Shown here: piece after piece, positions 30,860 through 40,445 of the stretch | Layout of the letters: each line of letters begins with the position of its first letter | Numbering within the stretch: the stretch's first letter is position 1 | NCBI GenBank assembly: GCA_918272565.1 | Contig: CAKJYW010000003.1 | Span: 5,359-69,358 of the forward strand | Direction: 5' to 3' | Length of the DNA stretch: 64,000 nt | DNA from: Bacilli bacterium | Lineage (GTDB): Bacteria; Bacillota_I; Bacilli_A; ML615J-28; CAG-698 | The notes under the pieces: model-generated | The model's input: only the letters and a program-made list of their open reading frames with translations | Databases searched by the model: none | Told to the model about the DNA's origin: nothing | Translations under genes and position numbers: made by a program

Positions 30860-31390
30860 TTATCCAACAAATTCAATTTTACTGAATTCAACAATATTCA
30901 TTTTAAAGACTATCCATTTTGTGTCGGGAATAGAAGCATCAGGTACATATAAGTCTCTAGAGTTTTTATATTTCTTTCTGATCTCACACGTTATTTTCAA
31001 TGAATCGTCAACCAATCTTGCTTCAGTTATTATGTAGTATTTTTCTCCTAATTTTTCTGGATGCGCAGCTGTTGTAAAGCCATATAATACAACCATTTCG
31101 CTATTAAAATCGACATCAATAAAATCATCAAATGCTTTATTTAATTCTTCTTCACTTCTTATTTTTATTATTAATTCTTTTGGAAAACTATCATCATAAA
31201 TATAATACGTATACTCATTTATTACGTCTATTGCACCACATGTTTTATTGTTTGCTAGAAAATCTTTATTAAATGTGTAATCAGTATTTTTTAATATTTT
31301 TACATTATATTCGTTAGTGACATTTTCTTTACACGAACATCCAAATAATAGAGCAATGCAAGCTATTATATAAATTAGTACTTTTTTCAT
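30860..31390 (-). CDS. Hypothetical lipoprotein
   Basis: GAGGAGG RBS; lipobox LFGC. Confidence 0.75.
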   Translation of the reverse strand: MKKVLIYIIACIALLFGCSCKENVTNEYNVKILKNTDYTFNKDFLANNKTCGAIDVINEYTYYIYDDSFPKELIIKIRSEEELNKAFDDFIDVDFNSEMVVLYGFTTAAHPEKLGEKYYIITEARLVDDSLKITCEIRKKYKNSRDLYVPDASIPDTKWIVFKMNIVEFSKIEFVG

Positions 31391-31426
31391 TTATCCTCCT
31401 CATATTTAGAACATCTTCAAACTTAT

Positions 31427-31540
31427 TTTATTTTTACTAAATAATCATCGGCATTTACACCATCACCTGTATATTTAATTATATTAATTTTTAGTTATTT
31501 TATTTCAACATACAATTTGGTAAATAAGTCTTCTTTATAA
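31427..31540 (-). pseudogene. Decayed fragment of a 29447-30130 paralog
   Basis: Translates EDLFTKLYVEIK*LKINIIKYTGDGVNADDYLVK versus EDLVFKLYIGTTLQNINKMKYTRDGVYADDYLVK. 31436-31476 matches 29805-29845 at 38/41 nt. Confidence 0.8.
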
Positions 31541-31739
31541 ATGATATATTCTAATCTAATTATAATATATCTTTTTTCCTTTGTAAACGAAAATAAATAT
31601 TTTTAATCTATTAGTTTTGCCTTATTGATTGTATATTATTGATTAAACAACAAATATTGAGTAAGAATTAGACTATAATTGAGCAACAAATACACATAAA
31701 TTTATAAAACCATATGTATATGTTTTAAAACAAGTCATA

Positions 31740-31768
31740 AAAAAAATGGACCTTGCGGTCCACTTTTT
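31740..31768. terminator. Terminator after rpsD
   Basis: TGGACC/GGTCCA stem with A-run and T-run flanks. Confidence 0.75.
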
Positions 31769-32368
31769 TTATCTGTTGTAGAATTCAACGATAAGATTTT
31801 CTTTAATTTCACTTAAGAACTCATCGCGTTCTGGATAACGAACAAATGTTCCTTCCATAGCACCTTCATCAAAGAATACATATTCTTTTCTTGAAACCAT
31901 TGATTCTAAAGCTTCTTGGATAACCTTTAAGCTTCTTGAAGATTCCTTAACAGCAATCTTTTGTCCTGGTTTAACTAGATATGAAGGGATATCTACTTTC
32001 TTACCATCAACTAAAATGTGTCCATGATTAACTAATTGACGAGCTTGAGGACGAGTTGATGCTAAGCCTAAACGATAAACTAAGTTATCTAATCTAGATT
32101 CTAATAATTTTAAGAAGTTGTCGCCATGTTTGCCTGGCATCTTTTCTGCAAGTGCAAAAACCTTCTTGAATTGTTTTTCGCTCATTCCATATGTGAAACG
32201 AACTTTTTGTTTTTCATGTAATTGTGTACCATATTCAGTTAATTTTCCACGGCGTTGACCATGTTGTCCTGGTGCATAACTACGCTTTTGTAATTCTTTT
32301 CCAGTTTCGCTGATTGAATAACCTAATCTTCTTGAAACTTTCCAAGATGAACCTGTGTAACGTGACAT
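31769..32368 (-). CDS. rpsD: 30S ribosomal protein S4
   Basis: [32 protein letters not shown]. Confidence 0.98.
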   Translation of the reverse strand: MSRYTGSSWKVSRRLGYSISETGKELQKRSYAPGQHGQRRGKLTEYGTQLHEKQKVRFTYGMSEKQFKKVFALAEKMPGKHGDNFLKLLESRLDNLVYRLGLASTRPQARQLVNHGHILVDGKKVDIPSYLVKPGQKIAVKESSRSLKVIQEALESMVSRKEYVFFDEGAMEGTFVRYPERDEFLSEIKENLIVEFYNR

Positions 32369-32384
32369 AATTTTTCCTCCTATA

Positions 32385-32540
32385 TAATATTTTGGACTTG
32401 AACATAAGATAAAGTTTAGACGATTTCTAACTTTCGCGCATGCAGCTATGCTACTTGTTCCTCTTAAAGGTTACTCTAATGATTCTATCTTTTTTCAAGT
32501 GCTGCTTTACTTTATGGGTACCCCATAAAAGTTACACCTT
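32385..32540 (-). ncRNA. Probable S4 autoregulatory leader
   Basis: Long structured 5' UTR with GGTGTAA, GTAA and GCTGC elements, downstream of TTGACT-N16-TATAAT (32545-32572). Confidence 0.55.
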
Positions 32541-32575
32541 AATTATTATACACTAAAATCCTAAAAAGTCAAGAA

Positions 32576-33463
32576 TTAATTACTAATTCTACTGATGTAT
32601 TCTCTAATATCTCTAACTATACTACTTCTATTATGAATACTACTAGTAATCATAGCTACATACCTAACAGGTATCTCTTCTTCCAACTCTATTAAATATG
32701 CTCTTTTATTTTCTACACTTTCTTTAGCCATCTCACTAGGAATAAAAGCTAGTCCATAGTTTTTCTCAACCATTGGAAGTAAGACACTAGAACTATCTGC
32801 TTCAAATTCAGGGATGATCTCAACATTATGTTTAATTAAAAAATCATCAATATGGGCTCTAAATTGCATCTCTTCTGATAATAATATAAATGGGTATTTA
32901 GTAAGTTCAGAGATACTTCTTTTTTTGTTTGCTAAATCTTTGTATTTTTCCCCACACAATAACACATTATCAATCGTATAAACGTTTGTTATCCTTAAAT
33001 CATTATATTTTTGAAATGGTGTAGTAACAAAAGCCATGTCAATCTTACCATTTCTAACCATATCAAGTATTGAATGAGATGATCCAGTATATATCCTATA
33101 ATGAACATTAGGAAACTTCTTTTTAAATTCATTCATTGCATCAAACAAAAAGCAGTTTAGGGCAGTAACGGTTGCTCCCAAATAAACTACCTCATCAAAC
33201 ATTTTAGACTTGTCAGGCATTTCTTTATCGAGTCTAGAAAGTTCATTAAATGGATATTCTATTCTTTTATATAAGGCTTCACCTTCTTTTGTTAGTGTTA
33301 CTCCTTCTTTACTTCTAAAGAAGAGTTCCACTTTTAGTTCTTTTTCGATTGTTGAAATGATTCGACTAATAGCTGGCTGAGAAGTATAGAGAGCTTCAGC
33401 TGCCTTTGAAATATTCTTATACTGACACACAGTATAAAAGATTTTTAGATGTTCATAATTCAT
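32576..33463 (-). CDS. LysR-family transcriptional regulator
   Basis: NISKAAEALYTSQPAISR HTH; about 295 aa; divergent from the operon. Confidence 0.95.
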   Translation of the reverse strand: MNYEHLKIFYTVCQYKNISKAAEALYTSQPAISRIISTIEKELKVELFFRSKEGVTLTKEGEALYKRIEYPFNELSRLDKEMPDKSKMFDEVVYLGATVTALNCFLFDAMNEFKKKFPNVHYRIYTGSSHSILDMVRNGKIDMAFVTTPFQKYNDLRITNVYTIDNVLLCGEKYKDLANKKRSISELTKYPFILLSEEMQFRAHIDDFLIKHNVEIIPEFEADSSSVLLPMVEKNYGLAFIPSEMAKESVENKRAYLIELEEEIPVRYVAMITSSIHNRSSIVRDIREYISRISN

Positions 33464-33475
33464 AATAATCTCCTA

Positions 33476-33492
33476 TATAACAAAATGTTATA
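33476..33492. promoter_or_regulatory. LysR recognition site (T-N11-A palindrome)
   Basis: TATAACA-AAA-TGTTATA, about 50 bp upstream of the extended -10 TGTTATAAT (33533-33541). Confidence 0.65.
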
Positions 33493-33600
33493 ATAACATA
33501 ATAATTTATTTGTTTTTATTATACTATAAAAATGTTATAATGTATATATAGATAGATAAAATCAATATATTTATCTTATTAAATGAGGTGATTAAATCAA

Positions 33601-35265
33601 ATGAAGAAGCTCCGAATCATTTTGATGATTATTCCTCTTATTCTTCTCTCTATCTTTTTAACATCTTGTTCAAATAATGAAGAGAAAGTAAGTTACAATA
33701 ATCGCACTTATGATTTGTCTACTGATGGAAGTGCATCAGTAATTGCTAGAAGTGTTAAAGAAGGATCTAAATATACTTTAACAATTTCTGGAAGTGGAGA
33801 AGCAGTTGATTTTGACAGAAAAGAAAGTGTTCCATGGAACCCTATCATTAAAAGTATCGATAAGATCATCATCGAAGATGGTGTTACTAAGATTGGCAGT
33901 TATTATTTCTATTCATCAACAGTTGGTGAATTTTATTTACCACAATCCTTGAAAACGATTTCAGCTAATGCCTTTAATGAGAACGCCATAATCTACTCTT
34001 ATAGTCAAGATATAACTACTTCTATAACTAATAAGATTTACTATTATAGTGAAAAGGCGCCAAGTGAATTTGGCAAGTATTTCCATATTGTTGAAGGGAA
34101 AGCAACAGTTTGGAATAAGTACAAAGTGTTATTTGTAGGTAATAGCTTTACTTATTACACTTTAAGTGCTGAAGACCCAATGGTACCAAAGTATTTTAAA
34201 GAACTGGCAGATAGCTTAGGTGAAGCTGTTGAAATTGATTTTGTAATAAAAGGATCTCACACTCTAACAAAGTTTAGTAATCCAGAAGATGAGATGGGTA
34301 AAATCTTATATGATAAATTAAGTAAATCTAATGATTATACTCATGTAATATTACAAGAACAATCAACTGCTCCAATTAATAGTTACAATAGCTTTAAAGA
34401 AGCAGTTGGTAAAATTAAAGCGCTAGTTGATAAAACTCAAACAAATTGTGAAGTAGTCTTATACGAAACATGGGGTTCTCCAACAGCTATAAAGTCTACT
34501 GGTCATAAGACAATTGGTGCTATGGAAGAAGTTTTAAGAAATGCATATGAAGCTTGTGCTAAAGAATATGGATTAAAAGTTGATTATGTTGGTAAAGCTT
34601 TTACTTATACTTATGAAGTATTAGGTATAAACATCTTCTATGAAGACGAGCGACACCAAAACGAAGCCGGTGCATACCTATCAGCCGCAACTCACCTAGC
34701 ATCGATTTTAAAAATTGATGTTAGAGAATCTAGCTTTAAAGGTAACCTAGATAGTGAACTTGCGTCAATTTTACGTAGTGTTGCTCATAAAGTTGCTTTT
34801 AATTTACCACTTGATGGTGCAACTTCAAATAATCAAGAAAGTGAAGTAGATAACGAAAATCACTTAATAGTTATTGCTTGGTATAAGAAGACAGCTACAT
34901 CAGGTTTAACTGATGAAATAATGAATAGTTTTTTAATTAAGTTAAAATCTTATTTAAAAACATTAAATTATAGCGATGAAGAAATTAATTCTATATTAAT
35001 AAAAGGATACGAAGGAAACGTTGCTCCATCTTGTGAAGCAATTAAACAAGATGGGAATGTTGATATTATGATTGGTTGGAAATCAAACGTTGATACAACA
35101 GGTAATTTATCATTTATTGAGTCTTACCCCTCAAGTGCTGATGGTATTGGCATTAAAATGGGAGAAGTTGATGGTAGATGGATTCATCGTTTGACTGAAA
35201 CTGATATAGCTAAAGTGATATTTAACTGGATTATTGAAGAGAAAGATAACAATCTTTTTCAATAA
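33601..35265 (+). CDS. Lipoprotein: BspA-like LRR fragment + SGNH-type esterase + novel C-terminal domain
   Basis: Lipobox LTSC; IEDGVTKIGSYYF...LPQSLKTISANAF; VLFVGNSF, ILQEQS, YETW, DERH (DxxH). Confidence 0.8.
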   Translation: MKKLRIILMIIPLILLSIFLTSCSNNEEKVSYNNRTYDLSTDGSASVIARSVKEGSKYTLTISGSGEAVDFDRKESVPWNPIIKSIDKIIIEDGVTKIGSYYFYSSTVGEFYLPQSLKTISANAFNENAIIYSYSQDITTSITNKIYYYSEKAPSEFGKYFHIVEGKATVWNKYKVLFVGNSFTYYTLSAEDPMVPKYFKELADSLGEAVEIDFVIKGSHTLTKFSNPEDEMGKILYDKLSKSNDYTHVILQEQSTAPINSYNSFKEAVGKIKALVDKTQTNCEVVLYETWGSPTAIKSTGHKTIGAMEEVLRNAYEACAKEYGLKVDYVGKAFTYTYEVLGINIFYEDERHQNEAGAYLSAATHLASILKIDVRESSFKGNLDSELASILRSVAHKVAFNLPLDGATSNNQESEVDNENHLIVIAWYKKTATSGLTDEIMNSFLIKLKSYLKTLNYSDEEINSILIKGYEGNVAPSCEAIKQDGNVDIMIGWKSNVDTTGNLSFIESYPSSADGIGIKMGEVDGRWIHRLTETDIAKVIFNWIIEEKDNNLFQ

Positions 35266-35318
35266 TATAAATTTGATTTAAAAAGTAAAATAATTTTCAT
35301 TTTTTTAAGGAGGATAAC

Positions 35319-37205
35319 ATGAAAATCAAAAAACTTTTATTATTATTTTTAGTAGCCTTTTTGTTCTTAGGCTTCGTAGGTTGTGGAAAGGGTAATAAAG
35401 ACGAAAAAGAGCCTGACAAACCAGACGATCCTAGTCAAGGAGAAGTAATCGAAAAGGAAACTTTCACAGTTATATTTGAAAGCGAAGGAACTCGTCATGC
35501 AACTGTTAAAGTTAAAGATGGAGAAAAGATTACTGCTGAAGTAAATAACCCTTCAAAAGATGGTTATTCTTTTGTTGGATGGTTCAAAGGTGAAGAAAAA
35601 GTTGATCTAGCTACATTTGTAGTAACAGAGAATGTTACACTTGTTGCTAAATTTGAAAGTGATGCAATTGATAACACACTTGATGTAAATGCTAAGAAAG
35701 AAGCTGGAAAGACTTACACATTAGTAATCGGTTGGTGGGAAGTTAAAAACCCTGATGACCCAGACAAGAAGACAAGTTATTTAACTGAAGAATTAGTTAA
35801 GAAATTCTATACTAACGTAAATCTTTACTTAAAAGTTAAAGGCTTAAGCGATGCTGAAATAGCTAATGTTCAATTCCGTAACTACTCAACTGCAACAGTT
35901 GCTGATATGGGTGCATTAGTTAATGAAGATGGTGATGTAGATATTATGATTGGTGTTGGTAACAACATTAATTCAACTGCTGGTGTTGCTCTATTTGAAG
36001 GAAGTAACGATAACAAGTTTGCAACTCTAATGGGTTCTACTCCAACTTCTCGTTATGTAGCTTTAACATCAGTTGCTACAACTTTAGGTGTTAATGTATA
36101 TGACTGGTTAACTACAGAAACTGGTAAAAAAGCATTTAATGAAATGTTAAAAGAATCTGACATCCAAATCGCTCCTGCAAGAACATCAGAAGCTAATGTT
36201 GATGTAACAGTTCATACTGGTGTAGAAGATGAAAAATTACATTTTGCTTCTAAAGACGATGAATTCCAATTACCAGAAGTAGCAGTTCCAGAAGGATATG
36301 TATTTGATGGATTTGCATTAAGCGATGGTGGCGAATTAGTATTATCAAAAGCAAATGGCGATGTATTAAAATATGCTGATATTAAAGGTTTACTTGGAGA
36401 AGCAACTTCTATTGAATTATTCCCAGTATATAGCGTATTAGTTGTTTCTGAAGAAGATTTGAATGTTTATATCCAATTAAATAATGGATTAAAAGAAGGC
36501 GAAGCTGAATTACTTGTTGCAAGATTCAGACAAACAGTTGATAGCTCTTTAACTATTGCCTTCACATTCATTGAAGGAAATGCTGACACATTCACTGCTG
36601 AACTTAATAATGCTTCAAGTCAAGTAGATGTTATCATCGGTGGAAATAACCCACTTAAGAATTATCCTGCTCATGAAGATGGTAAGTTAGCTAACGCTGG
36701 TGCTAAACACTTTGCTGATGGAAGCCGTAAAGTATTAATTCATGCTAATACTCAACACTTAGAACTTGCTAAGAAATTATATGACTTTGTTGTAGCTGAT
36801 GCTCCAGCATATGAATTACATATCACATTCTGGCTAAATGAAAACAAGTGGATCACAGTTGATGAACTTGCCGCATTAAAGAGCGGACTTGAAACATTCA
36901 TTAATACAAGATTCGCTTTAGCTGATGGCGCTAATTTATATGATCTATATAACTTCAAAGTAACTACTTACGATGCTACAAACACTAAAGTTGCTGAACT
37001 TGGTGAAGAAACAAGAGCTCAAAGAGACGGTAAAGGAACAGATTTAATTGTTGGCTGTGGCGCTAATGTAACAACAACAGGTGGATTTGAAGATGCATTT
37101 GTTAAAGACATTAACACAACAATGGTTGCTGCTGGAAGAAAAGTTGCTTTAATCAACTCTAACCCACTTACTATGGCAATATACTTTAATTTCTTTACTG
37201 AATAA
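35319..37205 (+). CDS. Lipoprotein: InlB B-repeat-like domains + three copies of the novel domain
   Basis: Lipobox FVGC; PSKDGYSFVGWF...NVTLVAKF and PEGYVFDGF; repeated VDIMIG/VDVIIG/TDLIVG. Confidence 0.8.
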   Translation: MKIKKLLLLFLVAFLFLGFVGCGKGNKDEKEPDKPDDPSQGEVIEKETFTVIFESEGTRHATVKVKDGEKITAEVNNPSKDGYSFVGWFKGEEKVDLATFVVTENVTLVAKFESDAIDNTLDVNAKKEAGKTYTLVIGWWEVKNPDDPDKKTSYLTEELVKKFYTNVNLYLKVKGLSDAEIANVQFRNYSTATVADMGALVNEDGDVDIMIGVGNNINSTAGVALFEGSNDNKFATLMGSTPTSRYVALTSVATTLGVNVYDWLTTETGKKAFNEMLKESDIQIAPARTSEANVDVTVHTGVEDEKLHFASKDDEFQLPEVAVPEGYVFDGFALSDGGELVLSKANGDVLKYADIKGLLGEATSIELFPVYSVLVVSEEDLNVYIQLNNGLKEGEAELLVARFRQTVDSSLTIAFTFIEGNADTFTAELNNASSQVDVIIGGNNPLKNYPAHEDGKLANAGAKHFADGSRKVLIHANTQHLELAKKLYDFVVADAPAYELHITFWLNENKWITVDELAALKSGLETFINTRFALADGANLYDLYNFKVTTYDATNTKVAELGEETRAQRDGKGTDLIVGCGANVTTTGGFEDAFVKDINTTMVAAGRKVALINSNPLTMAIYFNFFTE

Positions 37206-37217
37206 AAAGGATGACTA

Positions 37218-38015
37218 ATGATTAAAATAAAAAAGATTATATTATTACTACTTGCTTTCTCTAGTGCTTTTATTCTAGCAAGCTGTGCTGCTAAAGGCTT
37301 AGAAAAAGAAATCAATGTAGTTTTCGAGGTCGATGGAGAATATATATCTTGTGGTAAAGTAACTCAATTTGATAGTATCTTTACTCCAGAACTAGACGAG
37401 GCTTATATCCCACTAGGATATAAGTTCCTCGGATGGACTCCATACGAATTAAATGAAGTAAAACCAACTGATCCAAATCTAAAAGATAAGTATGTACCTG
37501 CTGGAAAGATGGTTCATTATTCAGAAGTTTGTGATAAAGCATTAAATTCAACAGTAGTTTTAAAAGCATTAATGTTTGATAAGGCTGATATTCCTGTTGA
37601 ATATCATTATGTAGTTATCGCTTGGTACGATAAAGAAACAACAAGTGGTATTACAGCTGCCAAGATGGATGAACTTCTTACAGCACTAACAAATCACTTA
37701 CGCTCAACTGGCGTTAGTGAAGACGATATTAAATCAATCGTTATTAGAGGTTACGACGGAAACGTTGGTGCATCTACTGGTAAAATCGTAGATGACGATG
37801 ATGTTGACATCATGTTTGGATGGGGCTCTGCTGAAAATGTAACAACTACAGGTGTTTTAAAACCTGAGATGTTAAAGGAAACTGAAGCAAACTACACAAT
37901 CATGTATAATGGAGCCGCAAAATCAAGAACAATCCACCGCTTAACTGATAAACCAACTGCTATTCTAGTAATGGAATGGTTAAAATCAGATGAGTGTCGT
38001 GCATTGTTTAATTAG
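37218..38015 (+). CDS. Lipoprotein: B-repeat-like domain + novel domain
   Basis: Lipobox LASC; PLGYKFLGW; VIAWY...GYDGNV...VDIMFGW. Confidence 0.8.
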   Translation: MIKIKKIILLLLAFSSAFILASCAAKGLEKEINVVFEVDGEYISCGKVTQFDSIFTPELDEAYIPLGYKFLGWTPYELNEVKPTDPNLKDKYVPAGKMVHYSEVCDKALNSTVVLKALMFDKADIPVEYHYVVIAWYDKETTSGITAAKMDELLTALTNHLRSTGVSEDDIKSIVIRGYDGNVGASTGKIVDDDDVDIMFGWGSAENVTTTGVLKPEMLKETEANYTIMYNGAAKSRTIHRLTDKPTAILVMEWLKSDECRALFN

Positions 38016-38026
38016 GGAGGCGTGTT

Positions 38027-40432
38027 ATGAAGAAAAAACTTTTAACTACTGCCCAAGTATTTGAATATATTTTTACTTTCTTACACATGTTTGCTTCAGC
38101 ACTATTCTTCTCAGTAAGAAATAACTTATACATTATGTTTTTAGTGTTTGCTGTAGTAAGCATTGTACTTGGTTTATATACTGAAACAATTAAATTTCAC
38201 TTAAATGAAAAAGATTATAAGATTCACTTAATCGTAATAACTATTTTATCTATAGTTAGCTTTCCTGCTTGTTTATTTAATTTACTTGCAATATTAGCAA
38301 ACAAAGATAGTAAAGTTATTAAAGTAGCTAATTTAGAATATAAAGAAAAAGAATGTTGTAAAGAAAGAAAAGTTAAACCTGCATTAATAGTTTTAATCGT
38401 TTCTCTTGTTTTAATCATTGTATCTAGCATTATAGGTAATGTATTTGAAACAAGTGGAGGAACTGTTAAAGTTGTTGATGGTGTTATAACAAGTGAAGAC
38501 TGTGCTTTATACAACAAGGGTGAAGATAATGCCTTAAATGGTGTTAATTATGTAATTGAAGACCCTCATGTACAAGTTGCATACACTATGTATAAACCAA
38601 AAGCAGCTTCAGCTACAAACCCTTATCCAGTTGTATTTGTTACTCCAGGCTTTACAAGAACTAAAGCTACAATGACACAATATGCAATTGAACTATCACG
38701 TAGAGGTGCTGTAGTATTTGTTATTGACCCAGGAAGTCAAGGAGACACTACATTTGGTGGATACCAAGTTGATGAAAATGGTGAATATGTTCTTGATGAA
38801 AATGGTGATAAGATTCAAAACTCATACAGTGTTGCTCGTAGTGGTATGGGTTACTTAATGCAATATGTATATAATGATGTAGATGATTTTGATTTTATCG
38901 ATAGAGATAGAATCGGTCTAGTTGGTCATAGCGCTGGTGGAGGCGATGCAGCAAAACTTGCTTCAGACTTTGCTGGTAGTAATTATAACGAATCAATTGT
39001 TAAAGCATTATATATTTCTGGTTACATCAAAGCTTCAGCAATCAAAGTATTTGCTAAACTTCATTGTAACGCAGCAATAAGCTATGCAAAATATGATGAA
39101 GGTGCTTTTAGATATCAAACTAAAGATGAATCATATGAAGCAGCAGCCTTAGAATTTATTGATAAAGTAAATCCTGATTCAGGACATTTCATTCAAGATT
39201 ATGATTATGGTTCAATAGATAACGGAACATACCGTATCATTCATCACGAAGAAATCAATCATTGCTTCGAAATGTATGATCCACTATCAATTAGTAACAC
39301 TACATCATTCTTCCGTGAAACTTTAAACATTGATACTACTATAGAAGATACTAGTCAAGTGTGGTTTATTAGAGAATGTGCTAATGGAATTAGCCTTGTA
39401 GCTGCATTTATGCTTGTAATTAGTCTTGCTAGTCTAATTATTGCTTATGTTCCATTTATGAAATCATTATCTAAAGCTGCTAGTGAAAGACGCGAAGATG
39501 AAAAAGCAATCAGAGCCGCCTACACTCTTAACCTTTATGAAAGAGCAATGGCAGGAAGCGATGCAGAAGAAAGAACTTTCACAAAAAGATTATTATTCTG
39601 GCTACCAACTATTCTAACCGCAATCATTGCATGCTTAGATTACATTCCACTTGCTAGACTATCTATGGACTTATTCCCAGATGCAGCTGGTAATGTTTAT
39701 ACATTCTACTTCCCAGCAAGAATGATGAACGCAGTATTTTTGTGGGCTGTAGTAAACGGCTTTATCGGACTAGTTGTCTGGGCACTAACAACTGTTTGTG
39801 AAAATTTAGTATACACAATCATTAGTAAGGTTAAAAACGTTGAAAACAAATCTGATTGGAGTAAATTCAAAGGTCTAAAAGTTAAACCTCTTGATTTATT
39901 AAAATCAGTTGGTCTAGCAGTATTACTATTCTTGGTATTCTTTGGTGTATTACAAGTTGTTTACTGGACAACTCACCAAGACTTTAGATTTATGCTAATA
40001 TCAGCATCTCCATTAAATAAGAGATTTGTTATGACATGGTTAATTTACCTATGTGGATTCTTAGTATTCTATCTATCTAACTCAATTAGAGTTAATCTAA
40101 CTATCGCAAGAGAAGGCTTTAAAGAATGGCAAGTTATGATTATTGGTGGTCTTGCTAACTCTTTAGGTTTACTATTCATCCTAATCATTAACTACTGGCC
40201 ATACTTCACAAATGGTACAGTATTCTATGGATACTATAGTGCAACTGACTCAAGCGAAATGTGGTTATATATTAATATGGTATTTGGATTAGTCGTTATG
40301 ATGTTTATCCTACCTATATTTAATAGAATTATTTATAAGAAGACAGGTAATGTTTATTGTGGCGCATTATTATGGTGTATGATATTTATCATGATGAGCT
40401 TATCAGCATCAATTTCATTTATTCCAATGTAA
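38027..40432 (+). CDS. Polytopic membrane alpha/beta hydrolase
   Basis: PVVFVTPGF, RIGLVGHSAGG nucleophile elbow; several N-terminal and about 8 C-terminal hydrophobic helices. Confidence 0.85.
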   Translation: MKKKLLTTAQVFEYIFTFLHMFASALFFSVRNNLYIMFLVFAVVSIVLGLYTETIKFHLNEKDYKIHLIVITILSIVSFPACLFNLLAILANKDSKVIKVANLEYKEKECCKERKVKPALIVLIVSLVLIIVSSIIGNVFETSGGTVKVVDGVITSEDCALYNKGEDNALNGVNYVIEDPHVQVAYTMYKPKAASATNPYPVVFVTPGFTRTKATMTQYAIELSRRGAVVFVIDPGSQGDTTFGGYQVDENGEYVLDENGDKIQNSYSVARSGMGYLMQYVYNDVDDFDFIDRDRIGLVGHSAGGGDAAKLASDFAGSNYNESIVKALYISGYIKASAIKVFAKLHCNAAISYAKYDEGAFRYQTKDESYEAAALEFIDKVNPDSGHFIQDYDYGSIDNGTYRIIHHEEINHCFEMYDPLSISNTTSFFRETLNIDTTIEDTSQVWFIRECANGISLVAAFMLVISLASLIIAYVPFMKSLSKAASERREDEKAIRAAYTLNLYERAMAGSDAEERTFTKRLLFWLPTILTAIIACLDYIPLARLSMDLFPDAAGNVYTFYFPARMMNAVFLWAVVNGFIGLVVWALTTVCENLVYTIISKVKNVENKSDWSKFKGLKVKPLDLLKSVGLAVLLFLVFFGVLQVVYWTTHQDFRFMLISASPLNKRFVMTWLIYLCGFLVFYLSNSIRVNLTIAREGFKEWQVMIIGGLANSLGLLFILIINYWPYFTNGTVFYGYYSATDSSEMWLYINMVFGLVVMMFILPIFNRIIYKKTGNVYCGALLWCMIFIMMSLSASISFIPM

Positions 40433-40445
40433 GAGGTGATTACTT

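Noticed and set aside
28600-31700. Prophage or transposon at the lipoprotein array
   Set aside because: No integrase, transposase, structural genes or terminal repeats are visible.
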